In this document: positions 28,902 to 37,983 of the stretch, piece by piece | Numbering within the stretch: the stretch's first letter is position 1 | Layout of the letters: every line of letters begins with the position of its first letter | DNA from: Candidatus Kaiserbacteria bacterium | Lineage (GTDB): Bacteria > Patescibacteriota > Minisyncoccia > Phycocordibacterales > UBA918 | Assembly (NCBI GenBank): GCA_019634005.1 | Contig: JAHQWD010000003.1 | Coordinates: 176,539-240,538 of the forward strand | Direction: 5' to 3' | Length of the DNA: 64,000 nucleotides | Program-made: the position numbers and the translations under genes | Notes under the pieces: model-generated | The model's input: only the letters and a program-made list of their open reading frames with translations | Told to the model about the DNA's origin: nothing | Database searches by the model: none

Positions 28902-30077
28902 ATGTTTAATGACGTCCGCTACGGTCTCATCATAGATATCGGTTCAGCACAGATCGATGTAGCGCTGATTGAGTCTACTGAAGGGACAGAAAATCCTCGA
29001 TGTCTCTATACGGATTCTTTCCAGATGAATTTGTCGTATGCAATGACCGTTGAAGATCGGATTCGGAAGGTACGAAGAACACTTCGTGAAGCATACCGTG
29101 CGCTTGATACAGATGGTCTCCGTGCACTGAGGAGACATGGAGAGATAGAATCCTCACTTGCACGTACATTGATTGTCTTTCGTCCACCCTGGTCTCGGAC
29201 TGCAACACGGAAGGTCTTCTATAGGGATGTGACACCATTTACCGTGAATACAAAGTTCTTAGAATCCCTTTTTGAAACCTTGGAGAAAAAGCTGGAGAAA
29301 GAATATAAAGAAGATGACATTGCACATGCTTTTGACTTTGACATCATCGAGCATGCGGTTGTAGAGACGAAGGTGGACGGGAAACTTACTGAAGATCCAC
29401 TCGGTATGGAGGGGCAAGAGATCATGCTCCGTCATTACACAGGCCTTGCGCCAGAACAAGTCTCAAAAGACATTACTTCAATTCAGGAGCGAACATTTCC
29501 AGAGGTACCCGTGACACTCCACTCGTGTCAGTACATATCGTACAGAGTATTAGCAGAGGCATATCCAGATCTCAGTTCATTCTGCATCATCACCATCGCT
29601 GACGAAGCGACTGAGGTAGCCGTCATTATCAATGGGACATTGCGTTACGCAACAGTGCTCGGTACAGGAAGTAGCACGATTATGGGACAACCGTGGGAGG
29701 ATGCTCGTATAGGGGGTAGGCATACAACACGACATATACGGAGCCTTATTGAAGGAACTGCTTCAGAAGAAGACCGTGCAAAGTGTCAAAAAGCATTGTG
29801 GGAATATGGGCGAACACTCCGTGAGGCACTTATTGAGATTGAAAAACACCTTCGTATTCCCCGTACAACCATGGTTTTGGTACCTGAGGAGGTTCGTGGC
29901 GCCTTTGTCGGTCTCTGTGAAGAGACACTTTTAGAGGTTATAGGCGAATCTTCAACTGTGTTTGTGCCAGAAGATATCACTATGGATCATGTAGACGGTG
30001 CAGAAATACCGCTTCCGCTTCGTATTGCGGGACATTTTTTCCACAAATTAGATAAACTGGGAGAGAGGACACAATAG
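28902..30077 (+). CDS. hypothetical protein, possibly a degenerate ASKHA (actin-like ATPase) fold
   Basis: GLIIDIGSAQIDVALIE resembles the phosphate-1 motif. The second motif (ITIADEATEVAVI) is degenerate. Confidence 0.4.
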   Translation: MFNDVRYGLIIDIGSAQIDVALIESTEGTENPRCLYTDSFQMNLSYAMTVEDRIRKVRRTLREAYRALDTDGLRALRRHGEIESSLARTLIVFRPPWSRTATRKVFYRDVTPFTVNTKFLESLFETLEKKLEKEYKEDDIAHAFDFDIIEHAVVETKVDGKLTEDPLGMEGQEIMLRHYTGLAPEQVSKDITSIQERTFPEVPVTLHSCQYISYRVLAEAYPDLSSFCIITIADEATEVAVIINGTLRYATVLGTGSSTIMGQPWEDARIGGRHTTRHIRSLIEGTASEEDRAKCQKALWEYGRTLREALIEIEKHLRIPRTTMVLVPEEVRGAFVGLCEETLLEVIGESSTVFVPEDITMDHVDGAEIPLPLRIAGHFFHKLDKLGERTQ

Positions 30078-30100
30078 AGATATAACGCTATACTAGATAT

Positions 30101-31405
30101 ATGTCACAGAAATGGAATCTTGGGGATATCAAACCATCTGATAGGAAGCCTCGTCGGCCGCGCTCTATGCGTGAGGGAAGTATGGCGGCACCGCAAAGAG
30201 CGGAGCGTCCAGCACGGCAGCCGAAGCCTCGACCAACCTATGGTCGTATTGGTAGTGGAAAGAATCGAACACCATTGTTTGTTGGAGGAGTTGCGGTATT
30301 GATTATTGTTGTTGCTGTCCTCATTGCAGGAGCACTTGGTGGTGCGACCGTGCAAATTACACCAAAGACACAGGATGTCACTATTGATACTGCAGTGACC
30401 GCTTCACCAGATACAGCAGGTGGTCTTTCATATGAGCTTCTCACACTTGAAGCAGAAGGAGAGCGGCAAGTGTCTGTCTCTGGTTCTGAGGAAGTGTCTG
30501 AGCAGGCGACAGGAACCATTACTATCTACAATGAATATAGTACGAGTGTACAGCGACTGATTAAGAACACTCGTTTTGAATCTCCAGAAGGACTCATCTA
30601 TCGTATCCAAGAATCTGTCGTTGTACCTGGTATAACAAAAGACAGTGAGGGGAATACTATTGCTGGGAGCATTGAAGCAGAGGTCTTTGCCGATGCACCA
30701 GGTGAAGCGTACAATATCGGTCCGTCTCGATTCACCATTCCTGGACTTGAAGGATCTGACCAGTATGACCGCATGTACGCAGAGTCTACTAATGCCTTTA
30801 CTGGGGGATTTGAAGGAGAACAGTATTTGATTGACGGAGGAGACCTTACAACAGCACAGACAGCACTTCATGGAGAGCTTGAAGAAGCACTTCGTGTTCG
30901 TCTTGAAGAAGAACGACCACTTGGATTCACCCTCTTTGACGATGCGGTAACTTTTGCGTACGACACACTTCCTTCAGCAGATGCAGGAGAAGGGAAGGCA
31001 ACCATCCGTGAACGTGTACGTCTTGTAGTACCACTCTTCAAAGATGAGAGCTTTGCACAATTTGTTGCACAGAATACTATTGCTGATTACAAAGATGAGC
31101 CAGTATTGTTGCAAAATATAGATTCTCTTTCCTTCACGTATGGAGAAGACACTGCACAGGTTGCTGATATCAGTACGGCAGCGAGTATTTCGTTCACACT
31201 CGCGGGTAAAGCAACACTCATTTGGCAGTTTGATGAAGCAGCACTTCGTGAAGATTTAACAGGGGTCTCTCGTGCACTCCTGCTTTCAGTACTTTCAGAA
31301 TATCCAGCAATCTTGCGGGCAGAAGCAAAGATTCATCCATTCTGGAGGAAGTCCTTTCCTGACAATTCAGACGACATTACGTTTGAGACCACTATTCCTG
31401 AATAA
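30101..31405 (+). CDS. hypothetical membrane-anchored protein (basic N-terminus, single TM, large extracytoplasmic domain)
   Basis: 434 aa, with TM helix LFVGGVAVLIIVVAVLIAGAL. Confidence 0.45.
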   Translation: MSQKWNLGDIKPSDRKPRRPRSMREGSMAAPQRAERPARQPKPRPTYGRIGSGKNRTPLFVGGVAVLIIVVAVLIAGALGGATVQITPKTQDVTIDTAVTASPDTAGGLSYELLTLEAEGERQVSVSGSEEVSEQATGTITIYNEYSTSVQRLIKNTRFESPEGLIYRIQESVVVPGITKDSEGNTIAGSIEAEVFADAPGEAYNIGPSRFTIPGLEGSDQYDRMYAESTNAFTGGFEGEQYLIDGGDLTTAQTALHGELEEALRVRLEEERPLGFTLFDDAVTFAYDTLPSADAGEGKATIRERVRLVVPLFKDESFAQFVAQNTIADYKDEPVLLQNIDSLSFTYGEDTAQVADISTAASISFTLAGKATLIWQFDEAALREDLTGVSRALLLSVLSEYPAILRAEAKIHPFWRKSFPDNSDDITFETTIPE

Positions 31406-31449
31406 TTTATGTTGACGGTATTTCATTATTCTGCTAAACTCACCCTCGT

Positions 31450-31677
31450 TTGATGCAAGATCAAGCGAACAAAAATGAAGAACTAGTCTACGGCACTGTC
31501 GAAGAGGCACTTCCTAATGCCCTTTTTCGCGTTAAGCTGGATGACGAAGAAGAACTCTCTCTTGCATACCTTGCAGGAAAGATGCGTCGGTTTCGTATCC
31601 GCGTGCTTGTAGGAGATAGGGTAGCAATTGTTCCAGATCCATACGGAGGCAAGGGACGCATTACCAAACGACTTTAG
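31450..31677 (+). CDS. infA: translation initiation factor IF-1
   Basis: S1-like motif [16 protein letters not shown]. Confidence 0.9.
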   Translation: MMQDQANKNEELVYGTVEEALPNALFRVKLDDEEELSLAYLAGKMRRFRIRVLVGDRVAIVPDPYGGKGRITKRL

Positions 31678-31680
31678 ATT

Positions 31681-31797
31681 ATGAAAGTACGATCATCTGT
31701 TAAAAAAATGAGTCCTGACGACCAGATCGTTCGCCGACGCGGACGAGTCTATGTTATTAACAAGCGGAAGCCCCGCCATAAGCAGCGACAAGGTTAA
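31681..31797 (+). CDS. rpmJ: 50S ribosomal protein L36, Cys-less (zinc-independent) type
   Basis: 38 aa, [38 protein letters not shown]. It is below the ORF-track size cut-off and lies between infA and rpsM. Confidence 0.8.
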   Translation: MKVRSSVKKMSPDDQIVRRRGRVYVINKRKPRHKQRQG

Positions 31798-31800
31798 GAT

Positions 31801-32178
31801 ATGCGAATTTCAGGTATAAACATTCCAGACGAAAAGCAACTTGGGTATGGACTCACGGCTGTTTACGGTATCGGTCGCTCACGTGCGCTTGATCTACTTG
31901 CAGAACTCAATATCGACCCGACCGCAAAGCCAGATAGTCTTTCTACAGAAGATGAGAACAAAGTTCGCGAAAAGATCGAGTCATTCACTATCGAAGGAGA
32001 ACTCAAGCGAGAGACCAGTGCAAACGTAAAGCGTCTGAAGGATATTCAGTCATATCGTGGCGGTCGTCACGCACGTCGTCTACCCGCACGTGGACAGCGT
32101 ACAAAGACCAATGCTCGTACACTGAAGGGTGCTAAGAAAACTATGGGAAGTGGTCGTCGTAAGCTTGAAAAGACTTAA
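31801..32178 (+). CDS. rpsM: 30S ribosomal protein S13
   Basis: MRISGINIPDEKQLGYGLTAVYGIG. Confidence 0.95.
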   Translation: MRISGINIPDEKQLGYGLTAVYGIGRSRALDLLAELNIDPTAKPDSLSTEDENKVREKIESFTIEGELKRETSANVKRLKDIQSYRGGRHARRLPARGQRTKTNARTLKGAKKTMGSGRRKLEKT

Positions 32179-32208
32179 AATTTGAGCAATTTATATTTCG
32201 AATGACAT

Positions 32209-32640
32209 ATGGGTAAGAAACGAATTATTAAAAAAGGAGGAGGATCAGACGTAAGCGGAACATCACGTGCGCTTAATCGTGTGCCTAAGAAAAAAGTGGC
32301 GACTGGTATTCTCAACATCCTCGCAACCTTCAACAACACACTCCTGACACTTTCTGATGCGAAAGGAAATTCTCTTATCGCAGCATCCTCTGGAGCACTT
32401 GGTTTCCGTGGATCTCGAAAGAGTACACCCTTTGCAGCTGCAAAGGTAGGAGAGATCATCGGAGAGAAAGCGGTGCAGATGGGTATGAAAGAGGCTGCGG
32501 TTGTGGTGAAGGGAGTAGGCGCTGGTCGAGAGTCTGCACTTCGTGGTTTTTCGAGCCACGGAATCAACATCACTTCTATTACTGATAAGACGCCTGTGCC
32601 ACATAACGGGCCGCGTCCACCTAAGGCACGTCGTGTGTAA
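32209..32640 (+). CDS. rpsK: 30S ribosomal protein S11
   Basis: Conserved S11 core with an N-terminal basic extension. Confidence 0.95.
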   Translation: MGKKRIIKKGGGSDVSGTSRALNRVPKKKVATGILNILATFNNTLLTLSDAKGNSLIAASSGALGFRGSRKSTPFAAAKVGEIIGEKAVQMGMKEAAVVVKGVGAGRESALRGFSSHGINITSITDKTPVPHNGPRPPKARRV

Positions 32641-32651
32641 TCAATTGTATT

Positions 32652-33263
32652 ATGAAACTAGGTCCAAAATTTAAAATTGCAAAGCGTCTTGGAGCACCAA
32701 TCTTCGAGAAGACACAGACACAGAAGTTTGCACTTTCTGAGGCTCGTGGAGGACGCATGAAGAAGCGTCGTCCAGGGCAGAAGAGTGACTACAGCAAGCA
32801 GTTGACTGAGAAGCAGAAGATGCGTTTCAGTTACGGCGTTGCAGAGCGTCAGTTCCGCACGTACGTAAATGACGCTATCTCTAAAAAGGGACACCAGCCG
32901 ATTGCATACCTCTTCGCACGTCTAGAGTCTCGTCTTGATAACGTTGTGTACCGTCTTGGTCTTGCAAAAACTCGCCAGATGGCGCGTCAGATGGTGGTAC
33001 ATGGTCACGTAACCGTAAACGGACGCAAACTCTCTGTACCATCACATCAGGTGCGTATTGGGGACACCATTACCGTGCGTGATGGTTCAAAGGAGAAGGG
33101 ACTCTTTACAACACTTGCGGATGATCACACACCAGCAGGTGTACCAAACTGGCTCTCATTTGATGTAAAGAAGATGAGCGGCGAGAAGAAGGCCGAACCA
33201 GTATTTGAGGCTTCTGAGGCACTGTTTGATCCTCAGCTCGTACTTGAGTACTACAGTCGATAG
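32652..33263 (+). CDS. rpsD: 30S ribosomal protein S4
   Basis: S4 domain with LESRLDNVVYRLG. Confidence 0.95.
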   Translation: MKLGPKFKIAKRLGAPIFEKTQTQKFALSEARGGRMKKRRPGQKSDYSKQLTEKQKMRFSYGVAERQFRTYVNDAISKKGHQPIAYLFARLESRLDNVVYRLGLAKTRQMARQMVVHGHVTVNGRKLSVPSHQVRIGDTITVRDGSKEKGLFTTLADDHTPAGVPNWLSFDVKKMSGEKKAEPVFEASEALFDPQLVLEYYSR

Positions 33264-33296
33264 TCGAAATTATATTGCTCTAACCAAAAAATCACT

Positions 33297-34262
33297 ATGT
33301 TGGAAACAAATGTCACACTACCATCAAAGCCACGCGTTGTAACTGAAGAAGGATTTCAGGGGACTTTTGAGATTGACGGACTATACCCAGGGTACGGACA
33401 CACACTAGGTAACTCTCTTCGTCGTATTATCCTTTCATCTCTTCCAGGGGCAGCGATTACACAGGTGAAAATTACTGGTGCAGAGCATGAGTTCTCTACA
33501 CTTGAAGGTATTAAAGAGGATGTGATCACACTCCTCCTTAACCTTAAGCGTGTACGTATTGCCTCACACAGCGAAGAGCCTCTTACCATGACACTGAAAG
33601 CAAAGGGTGCTGGTGTGGTGACTGCAAAGGATATCGACGCTCCATCACAGATTGAAATTTTGAATCCAGAGCAGCCAATTGCTGAGATTACAACAAAGAC
33701 TGGGACACTTGAGATTGAGATGACCGTAGAGCACGGGCTTGGGTACGTGCCACGTGAGGTACACCAGAAGGATAAGGTAGATATTGGTACTATCGCACTT
33801 GATGCAGTGTTTACACCAATCCGTCGTGCAAACTACGAGGTGGAGAACATGCGTGTGGGAGACCGTACAGACTACAACCGTCTTCGTGTGACGGTAGAGA
33901 CTGACGGAACACTTTCTCCACGTGAGGCGCTTGAGAACGCGATTGAGATCATGATTCACCAGCTGAAGGCTGTAATCGGCTTCCAGGAGGAGGTAGCAGA
34001 GGCTCCAAAGATAGAAGAACCAGCAACTGATGCTGACTCTGAGGATGAAGAGGTGGACTCTGATACCTTGAAGACACGTATTGAGACACTTGATATCTCT
34101 GCACGTACCCTTAAGGCACTTGAGGATGCGAGCATCCGAACCATCGGGGGACTTGTGCGAAAGAAAAAAGATGATATTCTTGCGCTCGACGGTATTGGAG
34201 ACAAAGGACTCGAGGAAATTGAGGAGGTACTCTCTTCACTCGGAGCAAGTCTTAAGGAGTAA
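33297..34262 (+). CDS. rpoA: DNA-directed RNA polymerase alpha subunit
   Basis: Alpha-NTD (GYGHTLGNSLRRILLSS) and CTD. Confidence 0.95.
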   Translation: MLETNVTLPSKPRVVTEEGFQGTFEIDGLYPGYGHTLGNSLRRIILSSLPGAAITQVKITGAEHEFSTLEGIKEDVITLLLNLKRVRIASHSEEPLTMTLKAKGAGVVTAKDIDAPSQIEILNPEQPIAEITTKTGTLEIEMTVEHGLGYVPREVHQKDKVDIGTIALDAVFTPIRRANYEVENMRVGDRTDYNRLRVTVETDGTLSPREALENAIEIMIHQLKAVIGFQEEVAEAPKIEEPATDADSEDEEVDSDTLKTRIETLDISARTLKALEDASIRTIGGLVRKKKDDILALDGIGDKGLEEIEEVLSSLGASLKE

Positions 34263-34273
34263 CGTTTAGAAGT

Positions 34274-34630
34274 ATGCGACACCACAATAACAACAGAACA
34301 CTTGGACGGACACGCCGCGGAAAGACAGCCCTTATGCGTGGTCTTGCTTTGAAGCTTATCGAGAACGGTAAGATTAAGACCACTGAGGCTAAGGCACGAG
34401 AACTTCGTCCCTACATTGAGAAGATGGTAACCACTGCAAAGGAGGATACGGTTGCAACACGTCGTCTCATTGCTTCACGTCTTGGAGAGCCAAAGAGCGA
34501 TGTGCTTGGAAAGCTCTTTACTGAGGTTGCACCACAGTACAAGGAGCGTGATGGTGGTTATACACGAATTATTAAGATGGGTCGCACGACTGCTGGACGT
34601 GACGAGGCGGTAATCGAGTTTGTTGCGTAA
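34274..34630 (+). CDS. rplQ: 50S ribosomal protein L17
   Basis: Conserved L17 sequence. Confidence 0.95.
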   Translation: MRHHNNNRTLGRTRRGKTALMRGLALKLIENGKIKTTEAKARELRPYIEKMVTTAKEDTVATRRLIASRLGEPKSDVLGKLFTEVAPQYKERDGGYTRIIKMGRTTAGRDEAVIEFVA

Positions 34631-34631
34631 T

Positions 34632-34994
34632 ATGGAAACGACTATGGAGAAAAAGGAATATACAATTGATGCAACAGGAAAGCGTCTTGGACGTATGGCA
34701 ACTGAAGTGGCTACTATTCTTCTTGGAAAGAATGAGCCAGACTTCGCAAAGAATGTTGTTACTCCTGTATCTGTAACTATTCTAAACGCAAGTAAGCTTG
34801 ATATCTCTGAGAAGCGTAGAGAGGAAGAATTCCAGACATACTCTGGATACCCAAGTGGACGTAAGGTGGAGACACTTGGACATCTTGCGGAGCGTCGTGG
34901 GTACGCTGAGGTAGTACGTCGGGTAATCTCTGGCATGCTTCCAAAGAATAAACTGCATAAACTTCGTATGCAAAACCTAACCGTAACCGAGTAA
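34632..34994 (+). CDS. rplM: 50S ribosomal protein L13
   Basis: L13 motifs. The first ATG is at 34632; the ORF-track TTG at 34620 overlaps the end of rplQ. Confidence 0.9.
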   Translation: METTMEKKEYTIDATGKRLGRMATEVATILLGKNEPDFAKNVVTPVSVTILNASKLDISEKRREEEFQTYSGYPSGRKVETLGHLAERRGYAEVVRRVISGMLPKNKLHKLRMQNLTVTE

Positions 34995-35002
34995 TTATTT
35001 AT

Positions 35003-35404
35003 ATGGCAGAAAAACGATACATTGAGGCTGTAGGACGACGAAAGACCGCATCTGCGCGTGTCCGCATCACTCCTGCGAACGAAACGAGCATCGTGGTGAA
35101 CGAAAAGCCACTTGCAGAGTATTTCTCACTTGAGGCACATACTACTGACGTAGAGAGCGTGCTTAAGATAGAGGATGCAGGTATTGATAACTACACCATC
35201 ACTGCGAAAGTACACGGCGGGGGACTTTCATCACAGGCAGAGGCAATCAGGCTCGGTATTGCACGTGCACTTGTGAAAGAAAAGGAAGACCGACGTGTGC
35301 CGCTTAAGAAGGAAGGATTCCTTAAGCGAGACCCACGTTCTGTAGAGCGTAAGAAGTTTGGACTTCTCAAGGCTCGTAAGAAGCCAGCGTGGTCTAAGCG
35401 ATAG
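35003..35404 (+). CDS. rpsI: 30S ribosomal protein S9
   Basis: C-terminal ...KKPAWSKR. Confidence 0.95.
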   Translation: MAEKRYIEAVGRRKTASARVRITPANETSIVVNEKPLAEYFSLEAHTTDVESVLKIEDAGIDNYTITAKVHGGGLSSQAEAIRLGIARALVKEKEDRRVPLKKEGFLKRDPRSVERKKFGLLKARKKPAWSKR

Positions 35405-35410
35405 ACGAGA

Positions 35411-35432
35411 GGCTCCCGAGAGGGAGTTTTTT
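35411..35432 (+). terminator. intrinsic terminator ending the ribosomal-protein operon (ggctccc-gaga-gggag + TTTTTT)
   Basis: A hairpin plus T-run directly after rpsI. Confidence 0.7.
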
Positions 35433-35527
35433 GTTTATATATCTAAAGATGTGTTATGATTCACTTTATCAAGTTGCGCTGATACTAACCTTACGCAGGA
35501 CGTTTTTAACAATAAACTACCTACCGA

Positions 35528-36229
35528 ATGTCAGCACGACAAACTTCTAATTGGATATCACTCTCAGACATGATGACTGGTCTCATGCTAGTCTTTTTGC
35601 TAATTGCAATTATTACCATTTCTCAAGTATCAGAGAGAGAGTCTAAGAGAACTGAGTTAATTACAGAGTTTGAAAACACCAGATTAGAAATATATGAGGA
35701 ATTGGAGAAATCTTTTGGTGATAAACGTAGCGAATGGGGTATTGAAATATCGGAGGATCTGACCATTAAGTTTGAAAACCCGGATGTACTTTTTGGATAC
35801 CTGAGTTCGAATATCACGCCCTCATTCCGTGAAATTCTTAATGAATTCATTCCAAGTTATCTAGACATAGTTAATAGTGATAAGTATTCAGAAAAAATTA
35901 AAGAAGTGCGTATTGAAGGACATACTGCCGACTGGAGCGATTATTTGTTTACAATAAAACTCTCTCAAGAAAGATCTAACGCAGTGCTTGCGTACATATT
36001 CTCAAGTGATTACTTCTCGAGTTTGCCTTCAGAGAACAAGGAAAAGATTAAGTTTTGGTTTACTTCCAATGGGCTGGGAAATGGACGAACTCTAGATAGT
36101 GAGGGCGAGTTCACCTTTGAATCTAAGGGAGACGTAGACGTGAAGTCTAGAAGGGTTGAATTCCGTATCGTTACGAATAGTCAAGAACTTGTTGAGCAAA
36201 TTATAGATAATTTAAAAAATAACAATTAG
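35528..36229 (+). CDS. MotB/ZorB-like stator subunit (N-terminal TM with conserved Asp, C-terminal OmpA-like peptidoglycan-binding domain)
   Basis: The TM region is LSDMMTGLMLVFLLIAI, matching the MotB plug/TM motif. The OmpA-like segment reads VRIEGHTADWSD...LSQERSNAV...RRVEFRIV. Local GC is about 35%. Confidence 0.7.
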   Translation: MSARQTSNWISLSDMMTGLMLVFLLIAIITISQVSERESKRTELITEFENTRLEIYEELEKSFGDKRSEWGIEISEDLTIKFENPDVLFGYLSSNITPSFREILNEFIPSYLDIVNSDKYSEKIKEVRIEGHTADWSDYLFTIKLSQERSNAVLAYIFSSDYFSSLPSENKEKIKFWFTSNGLGNGRTLDSEGEFTFESKGDVDVKSRRVEFRIVTNSQELVEQIIDNLKNNN

Positions 36230-36232
36230 CAT

Positions 36233-37210
36233 ATGGATCTCTTTACTTTTATCTTTATACCCGCGTGGATACTATTTACTCTGTACATGCCTTATAAGTA
36301 TCGTTTTAGAGGCGTCCAAGAGGGGCAAATGCTTGCAACTGGTCTTGGTATCTTAGGAACATTTTTTGGGATTTTAGTTGCTCTATATAACTTTGATACA
36401 GCTCATATAGCAGAATCTGTGCCGTTACTGCTTGATGGTCTAAAATTTGCCTTTGCCACCTCCGTGGTTGGGATGGGTTATTCACTGTACATAGGCCTTT
36501 TCCCAGAAAAATTTGAACCTGACCAATCTTCAATTGATCCAAAGGACAAGAAAGAGTCTGAACTACTTGCTGAAATGCTTGAAGAGATGAAGGCACTAAA
36601 TGGGAACATTTCCGGAGAAAATGATACGACACTCATAACTCAAGTTCAAAAGTTAAGAACAAGTGTTACTGACAAGCAGGACGAACTCAAAAAATCTTTT
36701 GATGACTTTGCAAAAGAGATGGCAGAGAACAACATGAAGGCTCTGGTTGAAGCAGTTGAAAAAGTCATGGAGGATTTCAATGCAAAAATTAATGACCAGT
36801 TGGGGGAGAACTTCAAGAGACTTAGTGAGGCAGTTGAAAATCTTGTTGTCTGGCAAGATCAGTATCGCGAACAGCTTACAGTTTCTGTTGAAATGCTGAC
36901 AAAAACAAGCGAGTCTGTAGATAAATCTTCAGAATCTATCGCGACGTTTACTGACCGCGCTAAAGAATTTGATGCTAGTGCAGAGAAATTGAAGGAGTCC
37001 CTGGAAACAATCGGAGCCTCAATGACTGGACTCAAGAATCTTGCAGACACCTTAGAAGATAGCGGGAAGAAAATTCGAAATGAAATGAGTGAGATTACTA
37101 AGCAAAATATCACTGAACTAGGAGAAAACTTAAAAGGTATCTCAGAAAAACTAGTCGAAGACTATAGCTACCTGCAGAAGATGATGCAGACTGTTCTTGA
37201 TAAAAAATAA
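36233..37210 (+). CDS. MotA/ExbB/TolQ-like proton-channel protein with a ~200-aa C-terminal coiled-coil tail (ZorA-like)
   Basis: 3 TM helices (LATGLGILGTFFGILVALYNF; FAFATSVVGMGYSLYIGLF). Residues about 100-325 are a heptad-rich helix. The start is 3 nt after the MotB-like stop. Confidence 0.65.
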   Translation: MDLFTFIFIPAWILFTLYMPYKYRFRGVQEGQMLATGLGILGTFFGILVALYNFDTAHIAESVPLLLDGLKFAFATSVVGMGYSLYIGLFPEKFEPDQSSIDPKDKKESELLAEMLEEMKALNGNISGENDTTLITQVQKLRTSVTDKQDELKKSFDDFAKEMAENNMKALVEAVEKVMEDFNAKINDQLGENFKRLSEAVENLVVWQDQYREQLTVSVEMLTKTSESVDKSSESIATFTDRAKEFDASAEKLKESLETIGASMTGLKNLADTLEDSGKKIRNEMSEITKQNITELGENLKGISEKLVEDYSYLQKMMQTVLDKK

Positions 37211-37212
37211 GC

Positions 37213-37983
37213 ATGGAAAAACGGCTTATTGATACAAATGGATGGGGACTTGTTCTAGATACAATTGGTGCGGAGAAAGCTGAGTTCAGTTTTCTGAACA
37301 AAGAAAATCGTGTAAGACATGAGAAATTTAGTGCAAATGGTATTGAGTGGTCTGAGGTACGCAAGTTACGTGAGACATTTAAATCAGAACACCCGTTTAT
37401 TGATGCAGAAGGAAGACCATTTGTATTGTTTATTTACGATCAAGCAGCTGCAAATTGGAGAGATAGCGATAGAGAATACAAATATCATTTTTGTTGGTGT
37501 AGCACTCTAGAGACCATGCAGGACTTCGGTCGAAGGGGGAGGTATAAACCAAAATATGATGTAGATAACAACACCTTTACAGTGAATAGAGGTAATTCTG
37601 ATGAGCTCAGAGAAATGAACGTTTGTAAAAACTGTCTCAGAAAAATGGATTTCAAAGGATATGGGCATACTACTTATCAAAAGAAAACTTTAATTTATAG
37701 TGAGTTTGATATTGCGTATTTCTTTTCTCTTAAATTGCCACAAGATTTACTAAAACCTACACATCCATTTCATACAGGTAAATACACCTCTGACTGGAAA
37801 CAGGTTAGAGAGAAAATCATCATGGAACGTGGTGGTAAATGTGAGACGTGTGGAACTGTCAATCATTTGCAAGTGCACCATATAAACGGTATCAAAGACG
37901 ATAATTCTTCTTCAAACCTCAAGGTACTTTGCTACACTCACCATTCTGAACAACCTATGCATGGACATATGCGCCAACTTTGA
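37213..37983 (+). CDS. HNH-endonuclease-domain protein (ZorE-like effector candidate)
   Basis: The C-terminal motif is CETCGTVNHLQVHHINGIKDDNSSSNLKVLCYTHH (C-x2-C...HH...N...H). The N-terminal ~190 aa are unassigned. The start is 2 nt after the MotA-like stop. Confidence 0.7.
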   Translation: MEKRLIDTNGWGLVLDTIGAEKAEFSFLNKENRVRHEKFSANGIEWSEVRKLRETFKSEHPFIDAEGRPFVLFIYDQAAANWRDSDREYKYHFCWCSTLETMQDFGRRGRYKPKYDVDNNTFTVNRGNSDELREMNVCKNCLRKMDFKGYGHTTYQKKTLIYSEFDIAYFFSLKLPQDLLKPTHPFHTGKYTSDWKQVREKIIMERGGKCETCGTVNHLQVHHINGIKDDNSSSNLKVLCYTHHSEQPMHGHMRQL

